Assembly (NCBI GenBank): GCA_963770895.1
Contig: CAVYRF010000001.1
Coordinates: forward strand, 576,001 to 640,000
Length of the DNA stretch: 64,000 nucleotides
Source: an uncultured Acidobacteriota bacterium
GTDB taxonomy: Bacteria; Acidobacteriota; Thermoanaerobaculia; Multivoradales; UBA5704
Direction of reading: 5' to 3'
Numbering within the stretch: position 1 is the stretch's first letter; each line of letters starts with the position of its first letter. This document shows positions 53,280 to 62,697 of this stretch, piece after piece. A program made the translations under genes and the position numbers. Below the pieces are notes generated by a model. That model saw only the letters and a list, made by a program, of their open reading frames with translations. It ran no database searches and had not been told where the DNA came from.

Positions 53280-54872
53280 TTACTGCGGATTCGGCGGGCT
53301 CTCCAGCTGGGTCCAGATGATGTATTCGCCGACCTGCGGGTTCTGACCGATGTTGATGTCGTTGCAGACGTTCGCTTCGTTGGCGCCGCTCAGCAGGAAC
53401 AGCACCCCGGCGCCGAGGTAGACGGGTGCGACGTCCGATCGCAGCGCCGCCCGTCCCTGCGGCATGTCGCGGATGAGCGATCGAATCACGTACGGCGCTC
53501 CGACCGACCAATCGGCGTTGACCTTGTAGAACGAGAAGCCGCCGCCGGTGGAGCTTGGACAGGGACCCAGACCGTTGCTCGGCGTCTGGTCGTAAGCTCC
53601 CCACAGCTCCAGGGCTCCCCCCACGACGCCGAACGACGACACCGCGCGCGAGATGAGCGCGGTGGGCTTGAACAGTGCCAAGGCGGCGATCGAATCCGGC
53701 GTAAAGGTCAGGCTCCCGGCCGTGTCGATCCAGACGCCGCCTTGCATGAATTCGATCTGGGCACAGGCCTGTTGCGCCAGGCTCTCCGCGCAATAGGCGT
53801 TGGAAAAGTCCACCCGCATGGGCGCAGTGCCCGAGGGATCGAGACGGGCGAAGCCTCGAAAGAAGGCGTGGGTGTACCCATCGTTGGGAGCGGTGCGGGT
53901 CGAGTCCGGCTGGAGCAGGGGCGCCTCGATGCCCTGCCCGTTGAGGTAGAGGAACGGATACCACGCGCCCGACAGCTGGTTGGACTGCGCGTTGAAGCTC
54001 CCCACCCAGACGTTGTACTGATTGGTCGAGGTGGCGTTCGACGAATTCTTGAGCAGCTCCCGCGCCACCATGTAGTAGTTGCCGCCGGATGGAAACAGGT
54101 TGCCCGGTCCCCACAACGACGTGATCGAGCCGCTCGAATCGCAGTTGGAAAATCTCGCAACGGGCGTAAACGGGGCCTGCAGCCCCGCAGCCGTCGCCGG
54201 CGTGGTGTATTCGACGATCATGTCGCCGGCGCAGAACGGCACCTGCGACGGCGAGGTGGCGGCGCTGAGCTGTCCGCCCTGCGCGAACAGGAACAGCGTG
54301 CCGTTGAGCTCGATCACCTTCTGGGCCGAATACCCGCCCGACAGTGGGTTGGAGGAGTAGAACGTCGGCGAGATTACCCGATCGGTGCCGGTGTCGTTGC
54401 CACCCGCGAATTCGAGCGTTTGCGGGTAGAAGAACCCGTTGACGTCCAGCAGCAGATTCAGGTTGCCGCTGGTTGCCGCGTTGGCCAGGACCTCGACCGT
54501 GCCCAGGCCGTCGGTCGACAGCGGCACCACGGCGGCGCCGGCGATCACCGCCTGGACGGCCACCTGCGCCGAGACCACATTGGTATTCGGCAGCGTCGCC
54601 AGGTTGCCGGGGAAGAGGCCAATGTTCACGTCCACCGTCTCTCCGACCACCGTGGCGTTGAGCGACACGCTGGAAGCGTCGGCCGGCACGCCGCACGTGC
54701 CGCCCACGGTGAACTGCGTCGGCATGTTGGTTTGCACCGGTTGCGAGTTTCGGGTATCGAGCGAGCGGCAAGGCGTCACGGTGTAGAACCCGTCGGCGGC
54801 CAGCGGCGCGGCAGCCGGGAACATCATTCCAAAGGCAAGACACATTGAGGCCGGCGCCAGCGCTTTGCGCAT
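53280..54872 (-). CDS. Secreted protein with N-terminal PCR..DTR beta-sandwich domain and C-terminal beta-rich (propeller-like) domain
   Basis: GGAG RBS, signal peptide, and [13 protein letters not shown]...[17 protein letters not shown]...LLDVNGFF. Confidence 0.8.
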   Translation of the reverse strand: MRKALAPASMCLAFGMMFPAAAPLAADGFYTVTPCRSLDTRNSQPVQTNMPTQFTVGGTCGVPADASSVSLNATVVGETVDVNIGLFPGNLATLPNTNVVSAQVAVQAVIAGAAVVPLSTDGLGTVEVLANAATSGNLNLLLDVNGFFYPQTLEFAGGNDTGTDRVISPTFYSSNPLSGGYSAQKVIELNGTLFLFAQGGQLSAATSPSQVPFCAGDMIVEYTTPATAAGLQAPFTPVARFSNCDSSGSITSLWGPGNLFPSGGNYYMVARELLKNSSNATSTNQYNVWVGSFNAQSNQLSGAWYPFLYLNGQGIEAPLLQPDSTRTAPNDGYTHAFFRGFARLDPSGTAPMRVDFSNAYCAESLAQQACAQIEFMQGGVWIDTAGSLTFTPDSIAALALFKPTALISRAVSSFGVVGGALELWGAYDQTPSNGLGPCPSSTGGGFSFYKVNADWSVGAPYVIRSLIRDMPQGRAALRSDVAPVYLGAGVLFLLSGANEANVCNDINIGQNPQVGEYIIWTQLESPPNPQ

Positions 54873-55107
54873 ACGTCTCCAAGGAGCCGCGAAGGGCTTC
54901 CGTCCGATGCTGTGAAATACAACCATTAGGCATCTATGCAAGCCAGCTTGCCGGCTGCTTTCTATCCGCTATCCCATGGATAAGTCGCTGTCGCCGTCTA
55001 ATCGCAATCTGACAATGACGCCTGTGCCCTAAGGCGTCACTGCCTTCGGTGAACTAAACATTAAGAGGCTGGGCGGAAAGCTCAGAGCCGCTCCTCGATG
55101 GACTTAA

Positions 55108-55392
55108 CTACGGCGGCGAGGCGGTGCGCCAGGTGGTCAGCGCCGCAAAGAACATCCAGTAGGGCTGGCTGATCTCACGGCCGTTGATCACCTTGATGAG
55201 CATCTCCGGGTTGTCAGCATTGAAAAATCACATGAGGTCGCCGCGGTTGACGCCGATGCTACCGAGCGATATCGCTTCGCCAGCGTTGATAGATCCCAAT
55301 TGCAAAATAGCACCAGAAATTGGGAACAGCGCACTCAGCTGAAACCTCGCCTGTATTAGCAAAACGCTTGCGAGGTACTGCTACCTTCTCAT
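55108..55392 (-). pseudogene. Decayed fragment of a secreted-protein domain (FWFF..DNPEMLIKV type)
   Basis: Manual translation gives ...GDLM*FFNADNPEMLIKVINGREISQPYWMFFAALTT. A TGA (55228-55230) sits where Trp is expected, and there is a second stop near the 5' end. Confidence 0.6.
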
Positions 55393-55496
55393 GGTGGCAG
55401 CACACTGCGCAACACTGAAGTGGCGACGTGCGCAATTTGCTATCGACAGGTGCTGTCAGGCATGCGGGGCCGGCTCCGCCGTCGCCGACAGCCGGA

Positions 55497-55805
55497 GCGT
55501 GCCCGGCCTGACCGCCCCAAGCGCAACTCGTCGCGGCTGCCGGACGCTTCGCACCCCTGTGGGTGCTGTTGCCTCGCGCGCGCCCACGTCCCCCGTGCGC
55601 GTCCCGCTCGACCCGCAATGCCCCTTGCGCCGCCTGCGCTCCACAATCGTCTCGCCTTCGAACGTCCATCGCGCACTCGCCACACCCTATGCCGGGGCGC
55701 GCGCTCGCCGACCGCTTTTGCCTGCGCATCTCCCGGGCGCCGGTAGGTATTCGCACGCCCCGAAGGATGCCGGGCGCCCGATCTACGAGTGCCCAACGCA
55801 AACAC
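55497..55805 (+). repeat. Dispersed non-coding repeat, copy B (internal ~46-nt deletion)
   Basis: Cores start at 55569 and 55670. Collinear with copy C. Confidence 0.9.
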
Positions 55806-56059
55806 CGCGACCGTGAGCCGGGCGCCCCGCACTTGTTTGAGGACAAGCCGGCCCGGTCCCGGCGCCCGCCTCAATCGTTCGGAGAAAGCCCCCCGCCGAG
55901 GTCCCCGCGAGTCAGCAACTCCGCCTCCTTCCGCAACGCCGCCGCGGGGACCTTGGCGTAAAGGGTTTTGAGACTCCCTCTCTCACCTGGCCTTCTCGAA
56001 TGGGCGCCGGCGTCCCCCTTGTGCCGACCCGAATCGGCGTGGAGCAACCCGCCCTCGGG

Positions 56060-56147
56060 GGACGCCGGCGGGCGCTCGCTCCTGACGTCCGCGGCGGGCG
56101 CCGGCAGGTGGTCGCACGTCCCGAAGGATTGTCGGGCGCCCGGCGCA
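56060..56147 (+). repeat. Dispersed non-coding repeat, partial copy D (3' hairpin)
   Basis: CGTCCGCGGCGGGCGCCGGCAGGTG...TCCCGAAGGATTGTCGGGCGCCCGG matches copy C at about 57280-57337. Confidence 0.8.
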
Positions 56148-56346
56148 CCTGCTGCGCAGCCAGTGTGAAACCTGCAGCCTCATCCTGGTCGAGCTGACCC
56201 GGTGGGACAACCCCGAGGTCGACCGCGATTGGCGCCGCTCCGTTTCGCGCGTGCGCGACCACTCGGTACGGCGGCGCCGAGGGCGCTGCGCACCTGGGTA
56301 GCTGCAGGGGGGGAGATCACCGGCGCCGTAAAGGGCGTCGGTACTG

Positions 56347-56898
56347 CTACCGAACCGTGGGTTCAGGTTTTTGCGTTCGACGACCTCGCGCCGCTGTCTC
56401 CGGACGAGGGCGCTCGCGGGGTCGGCTGCTGGGGCGAGCCCGGCGCGATTCGCGAAAGGCTTTCGCCGCAGCTTGCGGCACTGCGATGGGAACGAACAGC
56501 CTTGCGGGGAACAGGTAGTCCTCGCTAGACTCGTCGACGACCCGGACCAAGGCGTGTTCCTCGGCTACCGGGTCGCTCACCACAAGGTATACCTTGCGCT
56601 CCTCCAAGGATGCGCCGTATCCGCGGCTGTCGATGCACAGGACGAAGGAATCGTTACTCACGCGGGGCTCCAGCAGGCGCTTGATCTTCAGCTCCTTGCG
56701 GCCCACACCGTGGGCCTCGAACCAGTGTACCTCAGCGACTACTGCACACCCATCCGGCAGCCGCACCTTCGCCACACCCTTAAGCTTGCGCCACCGTCCT
56801 GGGCCGTGGAGCTTCTGGAGCTTCCTCCGGACTCGGAGCGCGACGCCGCTCGAGATGATCTCCGCGTCGGTGATTGTGCCGAGGATGTTCGGCTCCAT
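56347..56898 (-). CDS. Conserved hypothetical two-module (TA-like) gene pair read as one in-frame ORF
   Basis: Module 1 is GRWRKLKG...EVHWFEAHGVGRKELKIKR. Module 2 is FVLCID..GY.ASLE.RKVY...VRVVDESSEDYLFP. An internal GGAG plus GTG start lies at 56661. Confidence 0.7.
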   Translation of the reverse strand: MEPNILGTITDAEIISSGVALRVRRKLQKLHGPGRWRKLKGVAKVRLPDGCAVVAEVHWFEAHGVGRKELKIKRLLEPRVSNDSFVLCIDSRGYGASLEERKVYLVVSDPVAEEHALVRVVDESSEDYLFPARLFVPIAVPQAAAKAFRESRRARPSSRPRERPRPETAARGRRTQKPEPTVR

Positions 56899-57004
56899 CG
56901 TTGCGGGCATTTTAGTCCTGTGCGGCATTCAGTCAGGACGTCGATGAAGCCGGCGCGCCCCGCGCGGAGTCACTGCGTAGCCGGGAGCCCCGTTCGCCGC
57001 CACT

Positions 57005-57360
57005 GCGTGCCCAGCCCGACCGCCCCAAGCGCAAACACGCCGCCGTTGCCGGACGCTACGCCCCCTGTGGGTGCTGTTGCCTCGCGCGCGCCCACGTCCC
57101 CCGTGCGCGTCCCGCTCTACCTGCAATGCCCCCGGCACCGCCTGCGCCCCGCAACCGTCTCGCCTTCGAACGTCCACCGCGCACTCGCCACACCCTATGC
57201 CGGGGCGCGCGCTCGCGGGCCGTTTCTGCCCCGCGCATCTCCCTGCGCCCAGACCGCCGGCGGGGGCGCTTGCTCCCAGCGTCCGCGGCGGGCGCCGGCA
57301 GGTGTTCGCGCGTCCCGAAGGATTGCCGGGCGCCCGGTGCACGAACGGGCCAACGCGAAC
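57005..57360 (+). repeat. Dispersed non-coding repeat, copy C (most complete)
   Basis: Cores start at 57077 and 57178, with the 3' hairpin at 57290-57335. Confidence 0.9.
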
Positions 57361-57464
57361 GCCTCTCTTGTGCCTGGATAAACACTGCCAGGTGGGGATA
57401 GGCCGGCAGGCGCCAGCGCACCATCAGGCCGGCATTCGAAGCGGCCCCAGGGCCGGGCTCGGCG

Positions 57465-57869
57465 TCATGAAGCCGGACTGATCAGCTTGACGGCCGGGAA
57501 GTAAGTCCTGTAGCGGGCAAGGTCGCGGGTTAGGATGTCCAGTCTCTCAGCCTGCGCGTGGGCGCCGATGAAGAAATCTGGGAGCGGTGCAGTGCGCAGA
57601 CCGCCCCTTTTCCTGTAGGCCGCAAACGCTTGGGCCGCGCGCCAGGCGGCGGCATAGGGAAGGGGCCACCGTAGGATGCCTGCCTGGGCAAGAGCCTTTT
57701 CAAGGTCAGCCTCGCGCTTGAAGCCCAGGCAAAGCTCAGCATAGATGATGGGGTTCACGCCAACGGCACCCTTGTCAACAGCCCGAGCGAGCGCCCCTGT
57801 GGACCACTCACCCCACGTTGGGTCCGCTGTCCAGATGTCTACGAGGACGTTGGTGTCAACGAGAATCAT
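57465..57869 (-). CDS. vapC: Type II TA toxin, VapC/PIN domain
   Basis: ILVDTNV, IIYAEL, LPDFFIGAHA and LTRD form the PIN acidic motif set. Confidence 0.95.
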   Translation of the reverse strand: MILVDTNVLVDIWTADPTWGEWSTGALARAVDKGAVGVNPIIYAELCLGFKREADLEKALAQAGILRWPLPYAAAWRAAQAFAAYRKRGGLRTAPLPDFFIGAHAQAERLDILTRDLARYRTYFPAVKLISPAS

Positions 57870-57897
57870 GGGGGCTTGCGCAACAGCCCTCTGGCCT

Positions 57898-58140
57898 TTA
57901 GTCTGGTTCGCCTCGGGTCATCTTCATTAGTTTGTCGGTGGTCAGCTTGGGATTCCAGGGTGCGCTCCTGAGCTTGGCAACGACTTCCAAACCCTTGCGC
58001 CGACGTTTGCCCTTGACGATCTTCACCCCATCCTGCTCATACGCGAACGTCACCACGTCGCCTGCCTTCCAGCCGAAAGCATCCCGAAATTCCTTCGGCA
58101 CCGTGACTTGGCCCTTGACTGTCATGGTACTCGTCTTCAT
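57898..58140 (-). CDS. vapB: AbrB/MazE/SpoVT-family antitoxin
   Basis: STMTVKGQVTVPKEFRDAFGWKAGDVVTF, directly upstream of vapC. Confidence 0.9.
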   Translation of the reverse strand: MKTSTMTVKGQVTVPKEFRDAFGWKAGDVVTFAYEQDGVKIVKGKRRRKGLEVVAKLRSAPWNPKLTTDKLMKMTRGEPD

Positions 58141-58176
58141 GACCAAAGTATTACTGCGTCGGTAATACCAGGTCAA
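58140..58176 (-). promoter_or_regulatory. vapBC promoter with overlapping palindromic operator
   Basis: Minus-strand TTGACC-17 nt-TAATACT ends 6 nt before the ATG. Inverted repeat GTATTAC-N7-GTAATAC (58148-58168) is flanked by TGACC/GGTCA. Confidence 0.7.
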
Positions 58177-58430
58177 GAACTGATGCGACGAAGGGCGCCG
58201 AGCGGGTGACCCGATCGCGCCACGTCGTGCGCTTCTCGTCGCGGCCAATTGCGCCAGAGCCCATCCGCCGGCCGCCGCCCCCCCGGGGGACGCCGGCGCA
58301 CCCCCCGGCCCCGCAGCGACTTGACGGCGAGGTGCGCGGACGCGGTACGCTGCTGCGGCCGTGCCGGTGGCCGGCCTGGCGGGTGCCGGGCTGGTGGTTT
58401 GGGGGGGCGGCGCGGCGACGAAGGGGGTCC

Positions 58431-60293
58431 ATGGCGAAGCGGGGATTGGGTTGGAAGGCGGCGGTGGCGGCCCTGGCGGCGGTGGCGTTGGTGTGGTCGG
58501 CGTGGCGGTCGCGGTGGCTTTGGGGGCTGCCCGAGGGCGAGGCGGGGGAGGACCGCCTGGTGGCGGCGGTGGCCGGCGATCCGCTGGGGGCGGCGCTGGA
58601 CGACTACCTGTCGCGGCTGGCGGCGTTTGGGTATTCGGGGTCGGTGCTGGTGGCGAAGGGCGGCAAGGTGGTGCTCAACAAGGGCTATGGGCTGGCCGAC
58701 CGCCAGCATGGGCGGCCCTTCACCGCCGACACGATCTTCGACATCGCGTCGATCGCCAAGCAGTTCACCGCCGCGGCCATCCTCAAGCTGGAGATGGAGG
58801 GGCGGCTGAAGGTCGAAGATCCGCTGTCGCGGTTCTTTCCCGACGCGCCGCCGGACAAGGCGGGGATCACGCTGCACCAGCTGCTGACCCACACCTCGGG
58901 GCTGCGCGACACCTTTGGCGAAGAGTACGAGCCGATCACCCGGCAGGAGCTGCTGCGGCGGGTGTGGGCGTCGCAGCTGCTGGGGCCGCCGGGCCGGCGC
59001 TACCGCTATTCGAACGGCGGCTACAGCGTGCTGGCGGCGGTGGTGGAGACCGCTGCGGGGGAGAGCTACGACATCTACCTGCACGAGCGGCTGTATGGGC
59101 CGGCGGGGATGCGGCACACCGGCTTTCACCTGGCGCCGCGCGACCTGCCGCTGCTGGCGCGGGCGTACAGCGACGAAGGCGATTGGGGGACGCCGCTGGA
59201 CCACCCCTGGGCGGCCGACGGACCGTATTGGGAGCTGCGCGGCAACGGCGGCATCCTGACGACGACGGGCGACCTGTATCGCTGGCACCTGGCGCTGGCG
59301 GGGGATGCGGTGCTGTCGGCCGCGGAACGCGAAAAGTACCAGAAGCCGTACGTCTCCGAGGGGCGCTGGGCGCACTCCAGCTATGCCTACGGCTGGTCGG
59401 TCGGCCAGAGCCCGACCGGCAAGCGCGAGATCTCGCACATCGGCGGCAACGGCTACTTTGAATCCGACTTCCGCCGCTACGTGGACGACGGCGTGGTGAT
59501 CATCGTCAGCGGCAACAGCGTCGACCTGTCGGCCCTGGCGATCGGCGACCACCTGGAAAACCGCGTCTTCGGCGCCCGCGACGCCGATCCGCCGGCGGTG
59601 ACGCCGGTTCCCGGCGCGGCGCCGGGCACGCAGGTGGTGGCCGGCGCCGCGGCGCTCGCCGCGCGGGCGGCCGGCAGCTACGCGCTGCCCTCGGGCGAGC
59701 GGCTGCGGGTGGAGCTGGACGCCGAGACGGGGGCTCCCGCCGGCCGGCTGCGCATCGCGGCGGGCGGCAAGGAGGGGCTGGCGCTGCTGCTCGGGGCGCT
59801 GACCGACGACGACCGCCAGATGGTGGCCGACCGCGACGCGAGCGTCGGCGATGCGCTGGCCGCCGCGCGCCAGGGGAGCTACGACGGCTTCGCCAAGGTG
59901 ATGGGGCTGGAAACCGACGCGGCGGCGGCCCTGCTCAAGTCGAAGCTCGACCCGGTGGCGCATCGCCTGGGCGCCTGGACGGGGGTGCAGGCGATCGGCG
60001 GCGCCGCCCGCGGCGGCCGCTGGTACAGCTACGCGCGCTGCGACTTCGCCGGCGGCACCAGCTTCGCGGAGCTGGGCTGGGCGGGGCCGACGGCAGAAAC
60101 GCTGCGATTCCTGGATGCGCTGCCCGGCCAGCCGTTCCTCCCCCTGTCGCCGGGGGTCTTCGCCGCCTTCGACGTGCGCACCGGCGCCACCGTGCGCGCC
60201 GCCTTCGAGCTGCCGCCGGCCGGCGGCGCCGCCGCGCTGACGGTCAACGCCGGCGAAAAAACGGCCTCGCCGCGCCTGCCGCGGGTGCCGTAG
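58431..60293 (+). CDS. Serine hydrolase (beta-lactamase class C / PBP-like family), membrane-anchored
   Basis: SxxK (SIAK), LLTHTSGL, YSN and HIGG motifs, with an N-terminal TM/signal segment. Confidence 0.92.
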   Translation: MAKRGLGWKAAVAALAAVALVWSAWRSRWLWGLPEGEAGEDRLVAAVAGDPLGAALDDYLSRLAAFGYSGSVLVAKGGKVVLNKGYGLADRQHGRPFTADTIFDIASIAKQFTAAAILKLEMEGRLKVEDPLSRFFPDAPPDKAGITLHQLLTHTSGLRDTFGEEYEPITRQELLRRVWASQLLGPPGRRYRYSNGGYSVLAAVVETAAGESYDIYLHERLYGPAGMRHTGFHLAPRDLPLLARAYSDEGDWGTPLDHPWAADGPYWELRGNGGILTTTGDLYRWHLALAGDAVLSAAEREKYQKPYVSEGRWAHSSYAYGWSVGQSPTGKREISHIGGNGYFESDFRRYVDDGVVIIVSGNSVDLSALAIGDHLENRVFGARDADPPAVTPVPGAAPGTQVVAGAAALAARAAGSYALPSGERLRVELDAETGAPAGRLRIAAGGKEGLALLLGALTDDDRQMVADRDASVGDALAAARQGSYDGFAKVMGLETDAAAALLKSKLDPVAHRLGAWTGVQAIGGAARGGRWYSYARCDFAGGTSFAELGWAGPTAETLRFLDALPGQPFLPLSPGVFAAFDVRTGATVRAAFELPPAGGAAALTVNAGEKTASPRLPRVP

Positions 60294-60424
60294 TGCCACG
60301 CCCGGTCCATGCACTGGCAGGCCGCGCCGCCACTGCCGCAGTTGCCGCCATCACGGTTATCGCCGCCATCCGGCCTCGCGGCGAGGCGCTCCGGCGCGGG
60401 CGATGGCCGCGGTAGGTCGCCTGC

Positions 60425-62278
60425 ATGCTTAAACACGTTCCCTTGGTACCGCCGCGCTGGCGAGGTGCGGCAGTGGTGGCGCTGGCCATCGCGGCGCTGG
60501 CGCTGGGCGGCGGGGCCTCGGGCTGCCGCCGGCGGCCGGCGCCGCCCGCCGGCGGCTCTACCGGTCAGGCCAGCGGCGCCGGATCTGCCGCCGCGGCCGG
60601 GGCGGGCAGTCCGGGCAGTCCGGCTAGTCCTGGCGCTCCTGGCGGCGGCAGCTCGCCGGCCGCGCCCAGCGTCCCCGATCCGGCGTGGGTCACGGTCTAC
60701 AACCCGGCCCAGGCCTGGAACGGCTTCACGCTCACCCTGCACGACGCGCGGGTGCCGGTGCTGCTGGACATGGATGGGCGCGTGGTGCACAGCTGGCCCG
60801 CGGCGCGCGTCAAGTCGCGGGTGCGGCTGCTGCCGGACGGCTCGATCCTGGGCCTGGGGCTGGGGCGCCAGATCGTCGAATACGATTGGGACGGCCGCCA
60901 GACGTGGGTGTTTCGCACTCCGGACGCCATCCCGCACCACGACGTGCTGCGCCTTGCCAACGGCAATACGCTGGTGCTGGTGCAGGTCGACGGCGAAGGC
61001 GAGGACACCCTGTACGAGGTGGCGCGCGGCGGCCGCGTGGTGTGGACGTGGCGGGCGGCGGAGCACCGCCGCGGCCTGATTCCGGCGCGGCCGGCGCACG
61101 CCGAGGACGTGACCCACATCAATTCGATCCAGGAGCTGCCGCCCAACCCCTGGTATGCCGCGGGGGATGGGCGCTTCAAGCCGGGCAACCTCCTGGTTTC
61201 GGCGCGCAACCTCAACAGCATCTTCGTCGTCGAGCGGCCGGCGGGGCGCGTGGCGTGGATCTACACCGCGGAGCTGGACCGCCAGCATGAGGCGCGCATG
61301 AACGGGCCGGACCTGCCGGCGCCGGGGGTGATCCAGGTGTTCAACAACCGCCTGGGCAGCTTCTGGGGCGACCACCAGAGCGAGCTGCTGGAGCTCGATC
61401 CGCGGCGCGGCGCGGTGACCTGGCGGTTCCGCATGCCGGGGTTCTTTTCGCCTACCGGCGGGGTGGCGCAGCGGCTGCCCAACGGCAACGACCTGGTGAC
61501 CTCGACGCGCGGTGGCCGGGTGTTCGAGATCACGCCGGCGGGGCGCATCGCCTGGGAGTGGGTGCCGCCCTACGAGCCGGTGCGCGCCGAGCGGGTGGCC
61601 GCCGCCGCCTGCCCGCAGCTGGCCGGCCTGGCGCGGCGCGACGCCGCGACGCTGCGCCCGGTGGCGCCGCCGCCCGGCTACCTGCACGTGGACCCGGACG
61701 CCTACCGCTTCGCGCGCCAGGGCTCGCGCACGGACGTGGAGGTGGAGGGCGAGACGCACACGGTGCTCAAGGAAGAGAGCGACTGCCGCAACCTGATGCT
61801 GCCGCCGGCGGCGGCCATCCAGCTGGGCTACGGCGTCGATCGCACCCGCCTGCGCGCCGCCGGCCGCGCGGCGCGCCCGCCGCGCTTCGTGGTGCGCCTG
61901 CGCCCGGCGGGCGCCGCCCGCCCCCTGGAGATCCTCAACGACACCGTCGGCCTGACCGGCGACGCCTGGCGCGAGCGCACCATCGACCTGCGCGGCCACA
62001 GCCTGCAGCTGGTGGAGCTGTGCCTGGACATCGACCCCGACGACGACGACACCGCGCCTGCCGCCGGCAGCGCCGCCAGTGCCAACAGCGCCGGCAGCGC
62101 CGCCAGTGCCGCGGCCGCCGCCGCCCGCTTCGCCTGGTGGGAGCAGCCCGACATCGTCAGCCGCGACCCCCGCGCCAGCCAGTTCACCGCCGGCGACCTG
62201 GCGGCGCGCCCCGATCTCACCCCGGAAGAGCAGGAGGTCCGCCGGCGCCTGCTCAAGTCGCTCGGCTACATCAACTGA
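60425..62278 (+). CDS. Arylsulfotransferase (ASST)-like lipoprotein
   Basis: Lipobox-like ASGC, then HHD, THINSI, LLVSARN, QHEA and QRLPNGNDLVT. C-terminal LKSLGY motif. Confidence 0.85.
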   Translation: MLKHVPLVPPRWRGAAVVALAIAALALGGGASGCRRRPAPPAGGSTGQASGAGSAAAAGAGSPGSPASPGAPGGGSSPAAPSVPDPAWVTVYNPAQAWNGFTLTLHDARVPVLLDMDGRVVHSWPAARVKSRVRLLPDGSILGLGLGRQIVEYDWDGRQTWVFRTPDAIPHHDVLRLANGNTLVLVQVDGEGEDTLYEVARGGRVVWTWRAAEHRRGLIPARPAHAEDVTHINSIQELPPNPWYAAGDGRFKPGNLLVSARNLNSIFVVERPAGRVAWIYTAELDRQHEARMNGPDLPAPGVIQVFNNRLGSFWGDHQSELLELDPRRGAVTWRFRMPGFFSPTGGVAQRLPNGNDLVTSTRGGRVFEITPAGRIAWEWVPPYEPVRAERVAAAACPQLAGLARRDAATLRPVAPPPGYLHVDPDAYRFARQGSRTDVEVEGETHTVLKEESDCRNLMLPPAAAIQLGYGVDRTRLRAAGRAARPPRFVVRLRPAGAARPLEILNDTVGLTGDAWRERTIDLRGHSLQLVELCLDIDPDDDDTAPAAGSAASANSAGSAASAAAAAARFAWWEQPDIVSRDPRASQFTAGDLAARPDLTPEEQEVRRRLLKSLGYIN

Positions 62279-62509
62279 GCGTCGGTCGGCTTCCGGCCGC
62301 CTTTGGGACGCGCGTCCGCTGCTCTCCCGACACCAGGCCCTGCGCTTGGCTCAGGAGGCCGGCAAGGCGGTCGCCCACTGCTGCCTCGCGTTCATGGAGC
62401 TGCAAGCCGGATGGTTGCAGGGGGAGGAGGGGCGCCATGGCGAGTAGCGAGCGAACCGCCCGCCAAGTCGCCAAGAAGCGCTCAAAATGACCCACTACCG
62501 CCTTTGGAC

Positions 62510-62535
62510 GTAACATTCGGACTGTTCCGTACGTA
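62510..62535 (+). promoter_or_regulatory. ECF-type promoter upstream of the efflux adaptor gene
   Basis: GTAAC-17 nt-CGTA matches the AAC/CGT consensus of ECF sigma promoters. Confidence 0.5.
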
Positions 62536-62697
62536 AAAGAGGCGGAGCGGCACGGGCGCCGCGCGGCGCGGGTGTGTCCGGCGTCGCTGGAGGGAGGGGG
62601 CGGGGGGGGCGAGCAACAGAGGCCGGCGCGCGGCGAGCGCCAGCGCTAGCGGTGGCGGGCCGGCGGGCGCGCCGGGCGCGGGATCGACGGAGGCACG

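Noticed and set aside
56170-56420. Coding-like + strand fragments (LILVELTRWDNPEVDRDW; ALRTWVAAGGEITG)
   Set aside because: The fragments are frameshifted, lack a start and match no family I recognise. They are possibly a gene remnant but cannot be supported.
47877-57360. Dispersed repeats as a CRISPR array, integron attC sites or a repeated CGEC protein
   Set aside because: There is no regular repeat-spacer period and no cas genes. No RYYYAAC/GTTRRRY ends or integrase were seen. The translated frames lack consistent starts and stops between copies.
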